Shown in pieces: positions 26,327 through 35,963 of a stretch of DNA of 64,000 nucleotides; position 1 is the first letter of the stretch, and each line of letters opens with the position of its first letter. Source of the DNA: Patescibacteria group bacterium (GTDB taxonomy: Bacteria > Patescibacteriota > Patescibacteriia > Patescibacteriales > WJLG01). The stretch is from the NCBI GenBank assembly GCA_041652555.1, contig JBAZHE010000003.1, positions 4,096 to 68,095 of the forward strand, written 5' to 3'. The notes below the pieces were generated by a model. That model did no database searches. It was not told where the DNA came from and saw nothing but the letters and a program-made list of their open reading frames with translations. Made by a program: the position numbers and the translations under genes.

Positions 26327-26958
26327 CCGAACGGGAGCGCGAAGGATTTGAAAAAATACTAACGCAGGATTTGAAAGCAATCAATCAACGCTTTATCAGT
26401 CAGATAAAAGATTTCTGGGGAATTGCTCGTAGTAATGTGCTTAAACGAAAAGGATGGGATACTCTCATACTCGAAAAAGAACAACTGGAACGGAAACAAA
26501 AAGAAATTAAACAAAGAATGCACGAGATAGAAGATATTTTAAATAGTGAAAAATTGAGAGTAGAACAAGTGGTTGAACTCGGTGGAAAATCAAATGAATA
26601 TGGACGATGCGAAGGTGCGAACTTTTATGGAATTCCGATTACATCACAATTTGAATATGAAATTGTAGAATACATCAAAGCAAATATTGACCTCGAAGTG
26701 CCGGCAAAAATGTTGCGTGATGTATGTGAATCATCAATCCGCGCTCTCGTAATGGCTGGAACGTTTGAAGAAGCACGTGGGGCATATGAAAAGTTTTATT
26801 CTCTGGATTTCAGAAAGTATGGTGTTGATATTCCCCCACGATTGGATGATATTTGTGCCAACAAAAATTCAATGTTATATGCTCAACAATCATTGCAACA
26901 AATTGAAAAAGAAAAACCGGATATTAAGTTGATTGAATGTAAGGAGGAGAAAGAATGA
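26314..26958 (+). CDS. hypothetical coiled-coil protein (214 aa)
   Basis: ORF track; AGGAGG RBS. Confidence 0.6.
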   Translation: MPKLTEREREGFEKILTQDLKAINQRFISQIKDFWGIARSNVLKRKGWDTLILEKEQLERKQKEIKQRMHEIEDILNSEKLRVEQVVELGGKSNEYGRCEGANFYGIPITSQFEYEIVEYIKANIDLEVPAKMLRDVCESSIRALVMAGTFEEARGAYEKFYSLDFRKYGVDIPPRLDDICANKNSMLYAQQSLQQIEKEKPDIKLIECKEEKE

Positions 26959-27143
26959 AAGATGGTTATAAATTAACAATATTTTTAAGTGTTATAGTAA
27001 TAATATTGGCAATATTTATACATGGCACAGTTATTCATTTAACACAAGTGGGTGAATTTCAAAAATGTGTAAATGCAACACTTTCTGATCCACTCTATTC
27101 CACATTTGCATGTGATAGACCGGGATGGTGGTTTGGAATATGA
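26955..27143 (+). CDS. small membrane protein (62 aa)
   Basis: ORF track; one TM helix; AAGGAGG RBS. Confidence 0.5.
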   Translation: MKDGYKLTIFLSVIVIILAIFIHGTVIHLTQVGEFQKCVNATLSDPLYSTFACDRPGWWFGI

Positions 27144-29617
27144 AAATCCTTTTTATCTTACCTAGATTTAATAAAGGTTTCGGAACTGTCTACAATGAAA
27201 ACGAAACCGGTATTGACTATGATTACTTAATGCCCGTGGGAATGCCCTACATCGCTTCTTATCTCAAACACAATGGATGTGATGTCTCGGCATTAAACCT
27301 TAATCACACACCCGGATTGGTTAAAAACATTGTACAAAAAACTATTACTGACACTCACTATGATTTCGTATTCACCGGCACAATTTCCATAATGTATCCC
27401 GCTGTGCGCGATATAATAAAATATGTACACGAAGCATCTCCCAATACAATAACCGTCTGTGGTGGAGGTATCATTTCGTCTAACCCCGAACTAATGATGA
27501 AACTTATTAATCCACATTACGGGATTATTTTTGAGGGTGAAGAAACAGCATTAGAGTTGATACAAACTATTGAGAAGGGGCAATCTGTGGAAAATGTTAA
27601 AGGTATTATTTATTCAACAACATGGCCTATTCCAACGTTTACTAAAACACAACCACGCCCCCAAATCAAAAACCTAGATGCACTCCCGTTTCCCGATCTT
27701 GAACTATTCGGTTATTCCGAATACTTGAAACACCAAGAACTTGGCGGTTGGAATCAATATCCACGAGATTATCCACCGCGCCCGTATATGTTGGTTTCAG
27801 CGCGCGGTTGTTCGGCAAATTGTTTATCAGGAGACACTTTAATTGCAACCACAAATGGCAACATTAAAATAAAAGATCTCGTTGGGCAGACCCCAAAAGT
27901 TCTTACACGAGATCCAATTACAAAAGATGTATTATATGCACAGTCCTCAATAGTTGCTAAAACCGGAGAAAATAAAAATCTCGTTAGAGTTTCATTTAAA
28001 GAGGGGGGATATATTGACTGTACACCAGATCACAAATTTGTAAAATTTTTAAACTCAAACCAATATGTCCCGTTGAGAGAGTATGAAACGGAAGCACAAT
28101 TTTTGAGACCCGGTGATAGTGTTCGTGCTGTTCATTATAAATTGAGCACCACTGGTTACACGATTATAATATGGGGAAGGAAAAAGCATCGATATCAGCA
28201 CACTTTAATAATGGAATCTATGATTGGAAGGAAACTCTCACAATACGAAAGGGTTCATCACAATGATCATAATCAAATAAATAATGTTGAAAAAAATTTA
28301 ACACTTACCGACAATCATAAACATATCCCAACTTACCATCCAGAACTATCACAACGTATGAAAGATAATAATCCCGCAAAAAATCTACCACACGAATTTT
28401 TTGTGCAACGCGGAAAAGAACAACGTGGTAAAGTTCGCTCTATAGAATCCAGAATGAATTATAAAGCATCCAAAACGGGGAATAAAAATCCGATGTGGAA
28501 AGGTGGTTGTGGAAGAACAACAAAATCCCGTATACCCGGGCAACCAGATGTAAATCACGTAGTTAAAAGCGTTGAACCACTAGATGGGTTACATAATACG
28601 TATTGTTTAGAAGTGCCGGGATATAATTGGTTCTATGCCAACGACGTTCTTGTTCATAATTGCACATTTTGCTACCACACAACCGGCCCAAAATACCGCT
28701 ACCGTTCCGCAGAAAATATAATGTCAGAAATCAAATACGTTGTTGAAAAATACCACATTAACTTCTTCACATTTCTTGACGAATTGTTTTCATACGATAA
28801 AGCGCGCGCACTTGAATTCTGCCGACAATTTAAAGAATATCAGAAAACCATTCCGTGGCGAATTGAAATGTATTGCAATCTGCGCGTTGATTGCGCGGAC
28901 GCAGAACTTCTTGATGCCATGAAATCCTGTGGGAATGTAGTTATCGGATTAGGTCTCGAAAGTTACAACCAAAAAGTTCTCGATTCAATGCGAAAACACA
29001 TAACACCCGCGCAGATTGAAACCACGCTTGGAATGATCGCAGAAAGAAATCTTGTTCCGCAAGGGGGGTTCATCTTTGGAGATAATGCAGAAACACTTTC
29101 CACCGCACGCACTACTTTACAATTCATTCGAGAACACCCACATCTTTCACGAGGTGGTTTATTTATGGGCTTTATTATTCCGTTTCCCGGGACCGCTATT
29201 TATAAACATGCTTTACAAAATGGAATCATAAAAGATGAAATAGAATTTATTAATAAATTGACAAGCACGGATTATAATTATGATAACGTATGTAATCTCA
29301 CAAATTTATCAGATGAAGATTTTGACACGTTGAAAAATGAAGTGTTCACTTTAAAATACACAGCAATTCCCGTATCTGTTCCAACAAAAATAACCAATGA
29401 TGAAATCTTTGTAAAATGCCCCCATTGTGGGAAGATGCAAACTTATAAAACAACTAAACGACCACATGCGCAATTCAGCGTGGGGGTAATTTGTAATAAC
29501 CCCGAATGTAATGGAAGATTTGAAATGGGCACACGATATATTCAATTGGGGAGACTCGCTGTAAAGTTATTGGGATTTAAAAGAATGCGACGGATTAAAA
29601 ATTGGATGGGGATTTGA
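27140..29617 (+). CDS. B12-binding-domain radical SAM enzyme, intein-containing
   Basis: N-terminal Rossmann-like B12 domain (KILFILP.., VCGGG), radical SAM motif C-SAN-[intein]-C-TF-C, C-terminal Cys-rich zinc ribbon; ATGA start at 27140. Confidence 0.8.
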   Translation: MKILFILPRFNKGFGTVYNENETGIDYDYLMPVGMPYIASYLKHNGCDVSALNLNHTPGLVKNIVQKTITDTHYDFVFTGTISIMYPAVRDIIKYVHEASPNTITVCGGGIISSNPELMMKLINPHYGIIFEGEETALELIQTIEKGQSVENVKGIIYSTTWPIPTFTKTQPRPQIKNLDALPFPDLELFGYSEYLKHQELGGWNQYPRDYPPRPYMLVSARGCSANCLSGDTLIATTNGNIKIKDLVGQTPKVLTRDPITKDVLYAQSSIVAKTGENKNLVRVSFKEGGYIDCTPDHKFVKFLNSNQYVPLREYETEAQFLRPGDSVRAVHYKLSTTGYTIIIWGRKKHRYQHTLIMESMIGRKLSQYERVHHNDHNQINNVEKNLTLTDNHKHIPTYHPELSQRMKDNNPAKNLPHEFFVQRGKEQRGKVRSIESRMNYKASKTGNKNPMWKGGCGRTTKSRIPGQPDVNHVVKSVEPLDGLHNTYCLEVPGYNWFYANDVLVHNCTFCYHTTGPKYRYRSAENIMSEIKYVVEKYHINFFTFLDELFSYDKARALEFCRQFKEYQKTIPWRIEMYCNLRVDCADAELLDAMKSCGNVVIGLGLESYNQKVLDSMRKHITPAQIETTLGMIAERNLVPQGGFIFGDNAETLSTARTTLQFIREHPHLSRGGLFMGFIIPFPGTAIYKHALQNGIIKDEIEFINKLTSTDYNYDNVCNLTNLSDEDFDTLKNEVFTLKYTAIPVSVPTKITNDEIFVKCPHCGKMQTYKTTKRPHAQFSVGVICNNPECNGRFEMGTRYIQLGRLAVKLLGFKRMRRIKNWMGI
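27821..28660 (+). mobile_element. intein with HNH endonuclease domain (280 aa) inside the radical SAM CxxxCxxC motif
   Basis: Starts CLSGDTLIATTNG, block B TPDHKF, ends NDVLVHN + Cys; internal HRYQH..VHHNDHNQINN..NL..H HNH signature. Confidence 0.85.
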
Positions 29618-29949
29618 TGACCATAAAAATTCCATTGTCAATTTTAAAATATATTGCAGATCGACAAACCGAGTTTCAGACCGCGTGGAACATATATCAA
29701 TATGTTTTTCCAATCGTGACGTTTGAAACATTTGCTATGTTGGCTTGTGAAAAATTTGGGATATATGGCAATGCTGCCATTCTTATTTATATAATTATTC
29801 CAATAATAGGATTTATCGGAGTTGTAATATCAGGGAGAGTTTTAATACGATCCGATTATCAATATTTATTTATGAAAAATTCAGCGGATTTGAATAAGGA
29901 TTGGAAGGAAGTCGTGACTATATTAAGAGAGTTGAAGGAGAGGAAATAA
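29617..29949 (+). CDS. membrane protein (110 aa)
   Basis: ORF track trimmed to ATG 29617 overlapping upstream stop; two TM helices. Confidence 0.5.
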   Translation: MTIKIPLSILKYIADRQTEFQTAWNIYQYVFPIVTFETFAMLACEKFGIYGNAAILIYIIIPIIGFIGVVISGRVLIRSDYQYLFMKNSADLNKDWKEVVTILRELKERK

Positions 29950-29950
29950 A

Positions 29951-30325
29951 ATGGAAGAATTTATAGAATTTTGGCCCATGGTTAAATGTTTAATATTTCC
30001 ACATATTATGGGAATATTATTTGGAATATTCGTTGGAATCTCGATATATATATTATTGTTTTCAAAAAAATATATATCCTTTTTATATAATTGGAATAAT
30101 GTAATAAAAATCGCTCCATTTTTAATAATATCACTTATGGGAGGAATATTAGGAATATTAAAAATTATAGAATTTGCAAGTGAAACGCAACCTATTTATC
30201 ATATGTGGGCATATATAATGGGATGTCAAATGATAATCATTTCTTATGGAATGATAACCGGATTTGGTTGTGGTGGAGCGATTGGATATTTTATTAATAA
30301 ATTCATGGATAAATTGGAGGATTAA
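29951..30325 (+). CDS. polytopic membrane protein (124 aa)
   Basis: ORF track; GAAGGAGAGG RBS; four hydrophobic helices. Confidence 0.55.
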   Translation: MEEFIEFWPMVKCLIFPHIMGILFGIFVGISIYILLFSKKYISFLYNWNNVIKIAPFLIISLMGGILGILKIIEFASETQPIYHMWAYIMGCQMIIISYGMITGFGCGGAIGYFINKFMDKLED

Positions 30326-30326
30326 A

Positions 30327-31196
30327 ATGAACCGCGTATTTTGGAACCCAATAGTAAAACCAACACCACTATATTTTGAATTGTTGCGAGAATTTAATTG
30401 CAAAAAATATAATGACAATCTTCCACTCGTAAGTATTGTCATTCCTGCTTATAATTCTGGAAAATACATCGGAGAATGCCTACAATCCGTTATCAACCAA
30501 ACTTACACAAACTGGGAATGTTTTATTGTTCTCGCACCATGCACAGATAATACATTGGATGAAATATGGAAATGCATTAATGTAGATGATCCAAATCCAA
30601 AAATCCGTATTATACGGGAAGATAAAAAATCTAATTGTGCGACCGCGCGCAATAAGGGGTTTAATGAATGTTCTGGTAAATATGTTACTTTCCTAGATGC
30701 TGATGATTGGTGGGAACCACAAAACTTGGAAAGAATGGTTATGGCAATGGAAAACTATATCAATTCAGATTTGGATTGGTGTGTGCATTGCCAAAAAATG
30801 CATAAAGATAATAAGGAACAAATTATTATGGAGATGCCCGGTACACACAACGAGATTGGGGGAATTGGAGGAATATTATTTAAAAAAGAAACATTAGATA
30901 AAATAAAATCTGAATATGGGTATGTGTTTGATGAATCTTTAAAACACACTGATGATGGAGATTTGTCTTTGCGTTTGCGAAAATATAAAGGTAGATTATT
31001 CCCAGAAGTTTTATCTCACTATCGTTGGAACGAAAGCGGGTTGACTGCAACAACGGGCAATATTAATCAATCGTGGGGCATTGTAAAAATTCTTATTAAA
31101 AGGGGTGCGTGGGATTTGCTGCCGTATCATTTGAAGAATTTGGGAGTTTGTATCGTTGAAGAAGTAACGGGGTTTGATTTGGTGAGGAAGAGATGA
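30327..31196 (+). CDS. family 2 glycosyltransferase
   Basis: VSIVIPAYNSGKYIGECLQSVINQTY..FLDADDWW; start at ATG 30327 behind GGAGG. Confidence 0.85.
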   Translation: MNRVFWNPIVKPTPLYFELLREFNCKKYNDNLPLVSIVIPAYNSGKYIGECLQSVINQTYTNWECFIVLAPCTDNTLDEIWKCINVDDPNPKIRIIREDKKSNCATARNKGFNECSGKYVTFLDADDWWEPQNLERMVMAMENYINSDLDWCVHCQKMHKDNKEQIIMEMPGTHNEIGGIGGILFKKETLDKIKSEYGYVFDESLKHTDDGDLSLRLRKYKGRLFPEVLSHYRWNESGLTATTGNINQSWGIVKILIKRGAWDLLPYHLKNLGVCIVEEVTGFDLVRKR

Positions 31197-31345
31197 AAAC
31201 GAACTACGATATATATTTCCAAGTTTACAACACATCATCTAAAAAATGGGTGAAATATGATAGAACACAGGGGAGAGTCGTGGATATCAAAGACGATGGC
31301 GAACCGTATGAAAATATACAGATATATAATGAGGGGATAAAATGA
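31193..31345 (+). CDS. small hypothetical protein (50 aa)
   Basis: Not in track; ATGA overlaps at both ends. Confidence 0.4.
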   Translation: MKTNYDIYFQVYNTSSKKWVKYDRTQGRVVDIKDDGEPYENIQIYNEGIK

Positions 31346-32142
31346 TCCTACCACCCTCCTACTTCGAGATCACAACCAAAATCGGTTGCTCAATCAACTG
31401 CCTAAAATATTGTCCACAGGAAACGATTATTAAAAATTACAAAGGTAATCCTTTAATGACACTTGACCAGTTCAAAAACTTTATGAAAACGGTTCCACAA
31501 AATCTACCCATTTTCTTTTCTGGTCTATGCGAACCATTCCTTAATCCACAGACAACAGATATGATTATGTGGGCACATCACAAAGGACACCCCATTTCTA
31601 TATTTAGCACACTAACCGGATTGACACCAACTAATGCTTGTAGGTTAATTGATATTCCCATCGACAAATTTGTCCTTCACCTCCCCGACGCTTATGGTAA
31701 TGCCAAAATCCCACAAACACAAGATTACTTTGAAGCACGCTCCATTATTGAAATGAATGTTAAGCATCTCGAATATATGAACATGGGGTGGGGGTTTATT
31801 TCCAATAAGTGCGAGGATATGGCGCGCGGTCGGGCCGAATTAAAAAAAGGGCGTAGACTTTGCAACTTCCTAGAATCACCTGCTTATCAACTCCTGCCCA
31901 ATGGCAACGTGTTCTTTTGTTGTATGGTGCGCGGGTTGACGGAGAAGGTTGGGTCGTTGTATGAGAATACATATCTAGAGTTGGCAGCGCGACATGGAAA
32001 GATCTCTGATAGATTGCAGAAAGACCAAAATTCTATTTGTCATTATTGTAATGTGTCGGAGAAATATTGGTTGAGGAGAGCGATACAAAAGAAGAATGAG
32101 TTGTTGAAGGGTAAGACGATTATGCAGGTGTTGGGGGTTTGA
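31342..32142 (+). CDS. radical SAM protein
   Basis: N-terminal GCSINCLKYC (CxxxCxxC); C-terminal Cys pairs (FFCC, CHYC). Confidence 0.7.
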   Translation: MILPPSYFEITTKIGCSINCLKYCPQETIIKNYKGNPLMTLDQFKNFMKTVPQNLPIFFSGLCEPFLNPQTTDMIMWAHHKGHPISIFSTLTGLTPTNACRLIDIPIDKFVLHLPDAYGNAKIPQTQDYFEARSIIEMNVKHLEYMNMGWGFISNKCEDMARGRAELKKGRRLCNFLESPAYQLLPNGNVFFCCMVRGLTEKVGSLYENTYLELAARHGKISDRLQKDQNSICHYCNVSEKYWLRRAIQKKNELLKGKTIMQVLGV

Positions 32143-32149
32143 AAACAAT

Positions 32150-32365
32150 TTATTTTTCTATTTTAGAGTGAAGCAATTTTAATCCTTCTTGATAAGTTGG
32201 GCATTCTTCGCATGAAATATAACGTGGCAATGTAGATTTTCCTTTCCCTCTACATAAACATCTACGTTGATTTTTCTTAACATCTTTGGAGAAAAATGAA
32301 TGTGTTTCTACGGCCATTCCAAGATATTTGCATTCCATTTCAACACAAAAATGAAGCGGAATCAT
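32150..32365 (-). CDS. small Cys-rich protein (71 aa)
   Basis: ORF track. Confidence 0.45.
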   Translation of the reverse strand: MIPLHFCVEMECKYLGMAVETHSFFSKDVKKNQRRCLCRGKGKSTLPRYISCEECPTYQEGLKLLHSKIEK

Positions 32366-32776
32366 TTAAGGCTCCACCCACATTCCCTTTTCAAACCATC
32401 CTTGCCCAGACAAGAAATTATTAATTTCTAAAAGCCTCTTGTCGATTTTCTCTTTTTGCTTCTCCAATTTTATTTTTTCCTGCTGCATATTACCAATATA
32501 CAGATCATCGCCATTCTCCGAAAGATAATCACGGAATGCGATTTCTTCTGCGCGCGATGTTGAAAAAGATCTTTTCAAACTCGCATCTATTTCTGGTAAA
32601 AGATCCATAGCATCGGTATAATAAATCTCATAATCTGTATTGAGATTCATATAACTTTTTTGCTTCCCATCGGGTGTCACAACAGCGATATGGGTTGAAA
32701 CCGATTCCTGTGAAGGATCACAGAAATTGAAGTGGCCACGACGACTCGTTACTTGGATGTAGTTGTGGAGTTTCAT
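32366..32776 (-). CDS. hypothetical protein (136 aa)
   Basis: ORF track trimmed to MKLHNY ATG 32776 (ATGA overlap with upstream gene). Confidence 0.5.
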   Translation of the reverse strand: MKLHNYIQVTSRRGHFNFCDPSQESVSTHIAVVTPDGKQKSYMNLNTDYEIYYTDAMDLLPEIDASLKRSFSTSRAEEIAFRDYLSENGDDLYIGNMQQEKIKLEKQKEKIDKRLLEINNFLSGQGWFEKGMWVEP

Positions 32777-33012
32777 AATGTCTCCCTCACAATAAAAGAC
32801 TGACAACCAACCGCGCGAAGTAGTTGCAAATCGATAACGCGCATAGGCATTACGTGGACCCATGCTGATGGGCAATAACACCCATATTTTGCGTTTCCAT
32901 CTTCGTTCTCTAACATATCGGGAGTCAATCGACCCAATGGTGGATGATCCCCTCCAAAATTATCAGTAACGATTTCATGGAAAAACCAACAGTTGGGGCA
33001 GTAGTGTTGCAT
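32773..33012 (-). CDS. Cys-rich hypothetical protein (79 aa)
   Basis: ORF track; CPNC...CYC. Confidence 0.5.
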   Translation of the reverse strand: MQHYCPNCWFFHEIVTDNFGGDHPPLGRLTPDMLENEDGNAKYGCYCPSAWVHVMPMRVIDLQLLRAVGCQSFIVRETL

Positions 33013-33015
33013 TTC

Positions 33016-33201
33016 TCACTCACTCCATGAATGATCAATTATCTGCGATACTTTGATATCAACTTCTTCGACTTCCAAATCTTTAACCCCATAATATGGT
33101 TTTTGTTTAATCATCTCAATAGCCGTTTCCTTCGTCTTTGCAAGCACAACTCCGCAACCTTGATCATATGAAATGTCGTATGCGTATTTGAATAGTTTCA
33201 T
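33016..33201 (-). CDS. hypothetical protein (61 aa)
   Basis: ORF track trimmed to ATG 33201 (ATGA overlap). Confidence 0.45.
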   Translation of the reverse strand: MKLFKYAYDISYDQGCGVVLAKTKETAIEMIKQKPYYGVKDLEVEEVDIKVSQIIDHSWSE

Positions 33202-33395
33202 AGCAACCCCTTTAATTTCAAATGGGCATACTGTTCCAAATTCAATGATTCGCTCCATTCATATCCACATTCGTTGCAACCAAAATTTACTTTAACCATC
33301 GATCTTCCTGTCTTTGCGATATATTCTTCATCTCCACATACGATGACTAGATCGTAACCACATGCTGGGCAAATGTCACGTTTCTTTGTGCTCAT
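33198..33395 (-). CDS. zinc-ribbon protein (65 aa)
   Basis: CPACG ... CNECG. Confidence 0.5.
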   Translation of the reverse strand: MSTKKRDICPACGYDLVIVCGDEEYIAKTGRSMVKVNFGCNECGYEWSESLNLEQYAHLKLKGLL

Positions 33396-33398
33396 TTC

Positions 33399-33599
33399 TC
33401 ACACATCCACATGATCCCCGAAATAACCCAACGGCAAATTAGTTATTTCACACGGTGTTGGAACTGCTTTGCCTGAAAGCAATTCATCAATGCGCTTCAA
33501 CTTGTCTTCATAAAACACGACGCGCAACTTGTGCTTTTGAAGATGATTTAAATACATTCGCTTTCGTGTTTGTAGTGTAATAATTTCGTGGTCTTTCAT
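33399..33599 (-). CDS. hypothetical protein (66 aa)
   Basis: ORF track. Confidence 0.45.
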   Translation of the reverse strand: MKDHEIITLQTRKRMYLNHLQKHKLRVVFYEDKLKRIDELLSGKAVPTPCEITNLPLGYFGDHVDV

Positions 33600-33955
33600 T
33601 CTGCGTCATCTCTCATAGACTCAATGGTTGATTTTAAGCATGAGACATCAACGGTGAAATATTGGCAGGTATCACAATTATATTCCCCGTTTCTAGTTCC
33701 GGGACAACCACCCTCCCCACTGATTCTATCATCAAGATATGCACACTCTAACAAACAAGCATCAATTTTATCAAGTAAATTATTCTTTACTTTCTTGATT
33801 TCATCTGATATCGGATTGATACGAATTGTTCCTGCAAGACCACGCGCGTTTTTATATTTTTCTTCGGTGTGGTTATCGTCGTCTTCTACATAGTCTCCAA
33901 ACTTTTCAATTTGAACATTTGTGATTACATATTGCCCTTCCGTGTTCATTTTCAC
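33596..33955 (-). CDS. hypothetical Cys-containing protein (119 aa), first gene of minus-strand unit
   Basis: ORF track; minus-strand TATA and ACGCGT (33981-86) upstream. Confidence 0.55.
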   Translation of the reverse strand: MKMNTEGQYVITNVQIEKFGDYVEDDDNHTEEKYKNARGLAGTIRINPISDEIKKVKNNLLDKIDACLLECAYLDDRISGEGGCPGTRNGEYNCDTCQYFTVDVSCLKSTIESMRDDAE

Positions 33956-34055
33956 AACTCCAAACTTTCTATAACATACTACGCGTTTAAAATATTTATA
34001 CCTAACGGTCTGAATATTTATAATTATAAAAAAAGAAATTTAAAAAATATTTATT

Positions 34056-34286
34056 TTAAGCCTTGCCCGCGTTCTTCATCGGAGCCCGCTCAATGCGACC
34101 GCTCTTACCGAGGAAATACAAGTAACCGGGTTCCTTCTTAACCGCTTCCTTGCTTACCGTCTTCCTAGAACCGGTCTTGTTTGACTTCGCGGGAACACGA
34201 TCAACGTTTCCATCCTTTGTAATACAATAAAGGTATCCTTTCTCACGCGTAATAACTTCTTTACCAACAATTTCACTATTAGTCAT
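34056..34286 (-). CDS. small basic protein with an internal tandem duplication (76 aa)
   Basis: KGYLYCITKDGNVDRVPAK / PGYLYFLGKSGRIERAPMK repeats; Lys/Arg-rich; G+C above flanks. Confidence 0.6.
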   Translation of the reverse strand: MTNSEIVGKEVITREKGYLYCITKDGNVDRVPAKSNKTGSRKTVSKEAVKKEPGYLYFLGKSGRIERAPMKNAGKA

Positions 34287-34468
34287 ATTTTAAAATTCTC
34301 CTAAAAACGTCTAATCGTTTCATCGATTGACACTACAATGTATGCACTTCTAGTTTATATACTTTTCGTCTACTTACGATGAAAATGTAAAAAAGATGAA
34401 AGATATTTTAAAAACGCGCGAGGGGAAAGGTTTATTATGTTTTGAGACTAATACGTATATTGATAATC

Positions 34469-35059
34469 ATGACCAAAAAAGAAAAACAACCACGCGACGG
34501 AATGGGAAAGTTTGTAAAACAAACACCTATGATCGCATTACACAGCAAAGATGGATCGACTGCTTATTTCTCTTCCGTGGAGGAGATGGAGAAGTTTACA
34601 AAAACGAGCAATCTTAAATTTAAAGAACGAATAGATAATAACAAACCAATCGCGCTTTATGGTGAGAATGGAAATGTCGCATACTTCACAAAGGAAGAAC
34701 TTGCTGGTTTTAAAAACCCGGATTGTGAACCGGCGACAAAAGGTTTCGTTAAATGTTTGATGAGGAAAACACGCAATCATACACACATTATAAGATGGGA
34801 GGGAACACCAATATCATTATCATTGCTTGGTGGATGTATCGCCAGTATTATTCTTGGGGCCGGTTGCCTTTCGGTTAATGAAACTGCACGAAACATCGGG
34901 AATCAATATTTTGTCCCGGTTTTTCTATTTACAATTGTAGTCACTTGTATATTTTGCGAATTTATGAATTTCGAAGTTGAAGAAATTAAAGAGTGTGTTC
35001 CACCCGAACTTCAAAAATACACCCCACCCACGTGCGAGAAGAAGGATGAGTGTGATTAA
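34469..35059 (+). CDS. membrane-anchored protein with a duplicated N-terminal motif
   Basis: ALHSKDGSTAYFSSVEEMEKF / ALYGENGNVAYFTKEELAGF; two C-terminal TM helices; leaderless ATG 34469 about 30 nt after tttattat. Confidence 0.55.
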   Translation: MTKKEKQPRDGMGKFVKQTPMIALHSKDGSTAYFSSVEEMEKFTKTSNLKFKERIDNNKPIALYGENGNVAYFTKEELAGFKNPDCEPATKGFVKCLMRKTRNHTHIIRWEGTPISLSLLGGCIASIILGAGCLSVNETARNIGNQYFVPVFLFTIVVTCIFCEFMNFEVEEIKECVPPELQKYTPPTCEKKDECD

Positions 35060-35061
35060 TT

Positions 35062-35352
35062 TTAAAACTTTTTTAAAATCTCTTTTACTAACACCCATTC
35101 AAATTCCACAATTGGAGAAATAACTACTGCTGCTATCAAAGATGATGCAACACTAATAACAGGTGAAACATTTTCCACAATCACTTTATTAAAAAATCCA
35201 ATCGTGGTTAAAGTTGTCGGGTCTTGGATGTATTGAAAAATAATGGAGATACTAACAAAAATTATAGAAATACATATCCACTTCAATTTATAAAAATCTA
35301 ATATCCGCATTTTTCGTGGTTCGGGTGGGTCTATAAAAATGTGGTCTTTCAT
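35062..35352 (-). CDS. membrane protein (96 aa)
   Basis: ORF track trimmed to ATG 35352, just after upstream stop. Confidence 0.45.
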   Translation of the reverse strand: MKDHIFIDPPEPRKMRILDFYKLKWICISIIFVSISIIFQYIQDPTTLTTIGFFNKVIVENVSPVISVASSLIAAVVISPIVEFEWVLVKEILKKF

Positions 35353-35353
35353 T

Positions 35354-35578
35354 TTAAAACTTATTCTTTTTTCCACATTCCGGACAAACAAATCCAACAA
35401 CTGCGTCGGGCGCGCTCACTTTAAATCCACAATATTCTTCGTATCCTTGTTTTTCATATATAACATCTTCGTCATCCAGTGCATCAAAATTGACAAGCAC
35501 GTGGCAATGTTCACACTCGTCGTAAATGTCTTTATAATCTTCGTAATCGGAATCTTCGGGATAGATTATTTTCTTCAT
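35354..35578 (-). CDS. zinc-ribbon protein (74 aa)
   Basis: CEHCH ... CPECG. Confidence 0.5.
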   Translation of the reverse strand: MKKIIYPEDSDYEDYKDIYDECEHCHVLVNFDALDDEDVIYEKQGYEEYCGFKVSAPDAVVGFVCPECGKKNKF

Positions 35579-35603
35579 TAAATACCTCCACTGGGTATTA
35601 TAT

Positions 35604-35963
35604 TCATTTATTTCTCTCCTCCAAAAACTTTAATACTTTAATAGACGCCTCTGTAGCCCCGTGACACACTAAGCAAGTATAACCAACTCTCTGAAGGTAT
35701 GTCATTATCTTTTTCTGTGCCTCGGAAACAACCCCACCTTTTTCCCTTTTAAGCTCAATGTATAACGCCCACGATGGCACAAACAAATCTGGTATGCCTG
35801 CCACGACGCCCATCTTCTTTAAGCGCACAGCGGTTTTTATAGAACGTTTTTCTCCATTCGGACAATGATAAATTAAAACGCCGGGGAACTTCTGGTGAAA
35901 CCAAATCAAGAAGCCGTATTGGTGCGATGCCTCGGTAGCTTGTTTTGTTGTTTTACTTTTCAT
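35604..35963 (-). CDS. VRR-NUC domain nuclease
   Basis: GIPDLFV...YIELKREKGGVVSEAQKKIMTYLQRVGY (PD-(D/E)xK core typical of VRR-NUC). Confidence 0.75.
   Translation of the reverse strand: MKSKTTKQATEASHQYGFLIWFHQKFPGVLIYHCPNGEKRSIKTAVRLKKMGVVAGIPDLFVPSWALYIELKREKGGVVSEAQKKIMTYLQRVGYTCLVCHGATEASIKVLKFLEERNK

Noticed and set aside
34396-34617. ORF 34396..34617(+)
   Set aside because: It is out of frame with, and overlaps, the longer 34469..35059 gene that has a TATA-to-ATG spacing typical of this genome.
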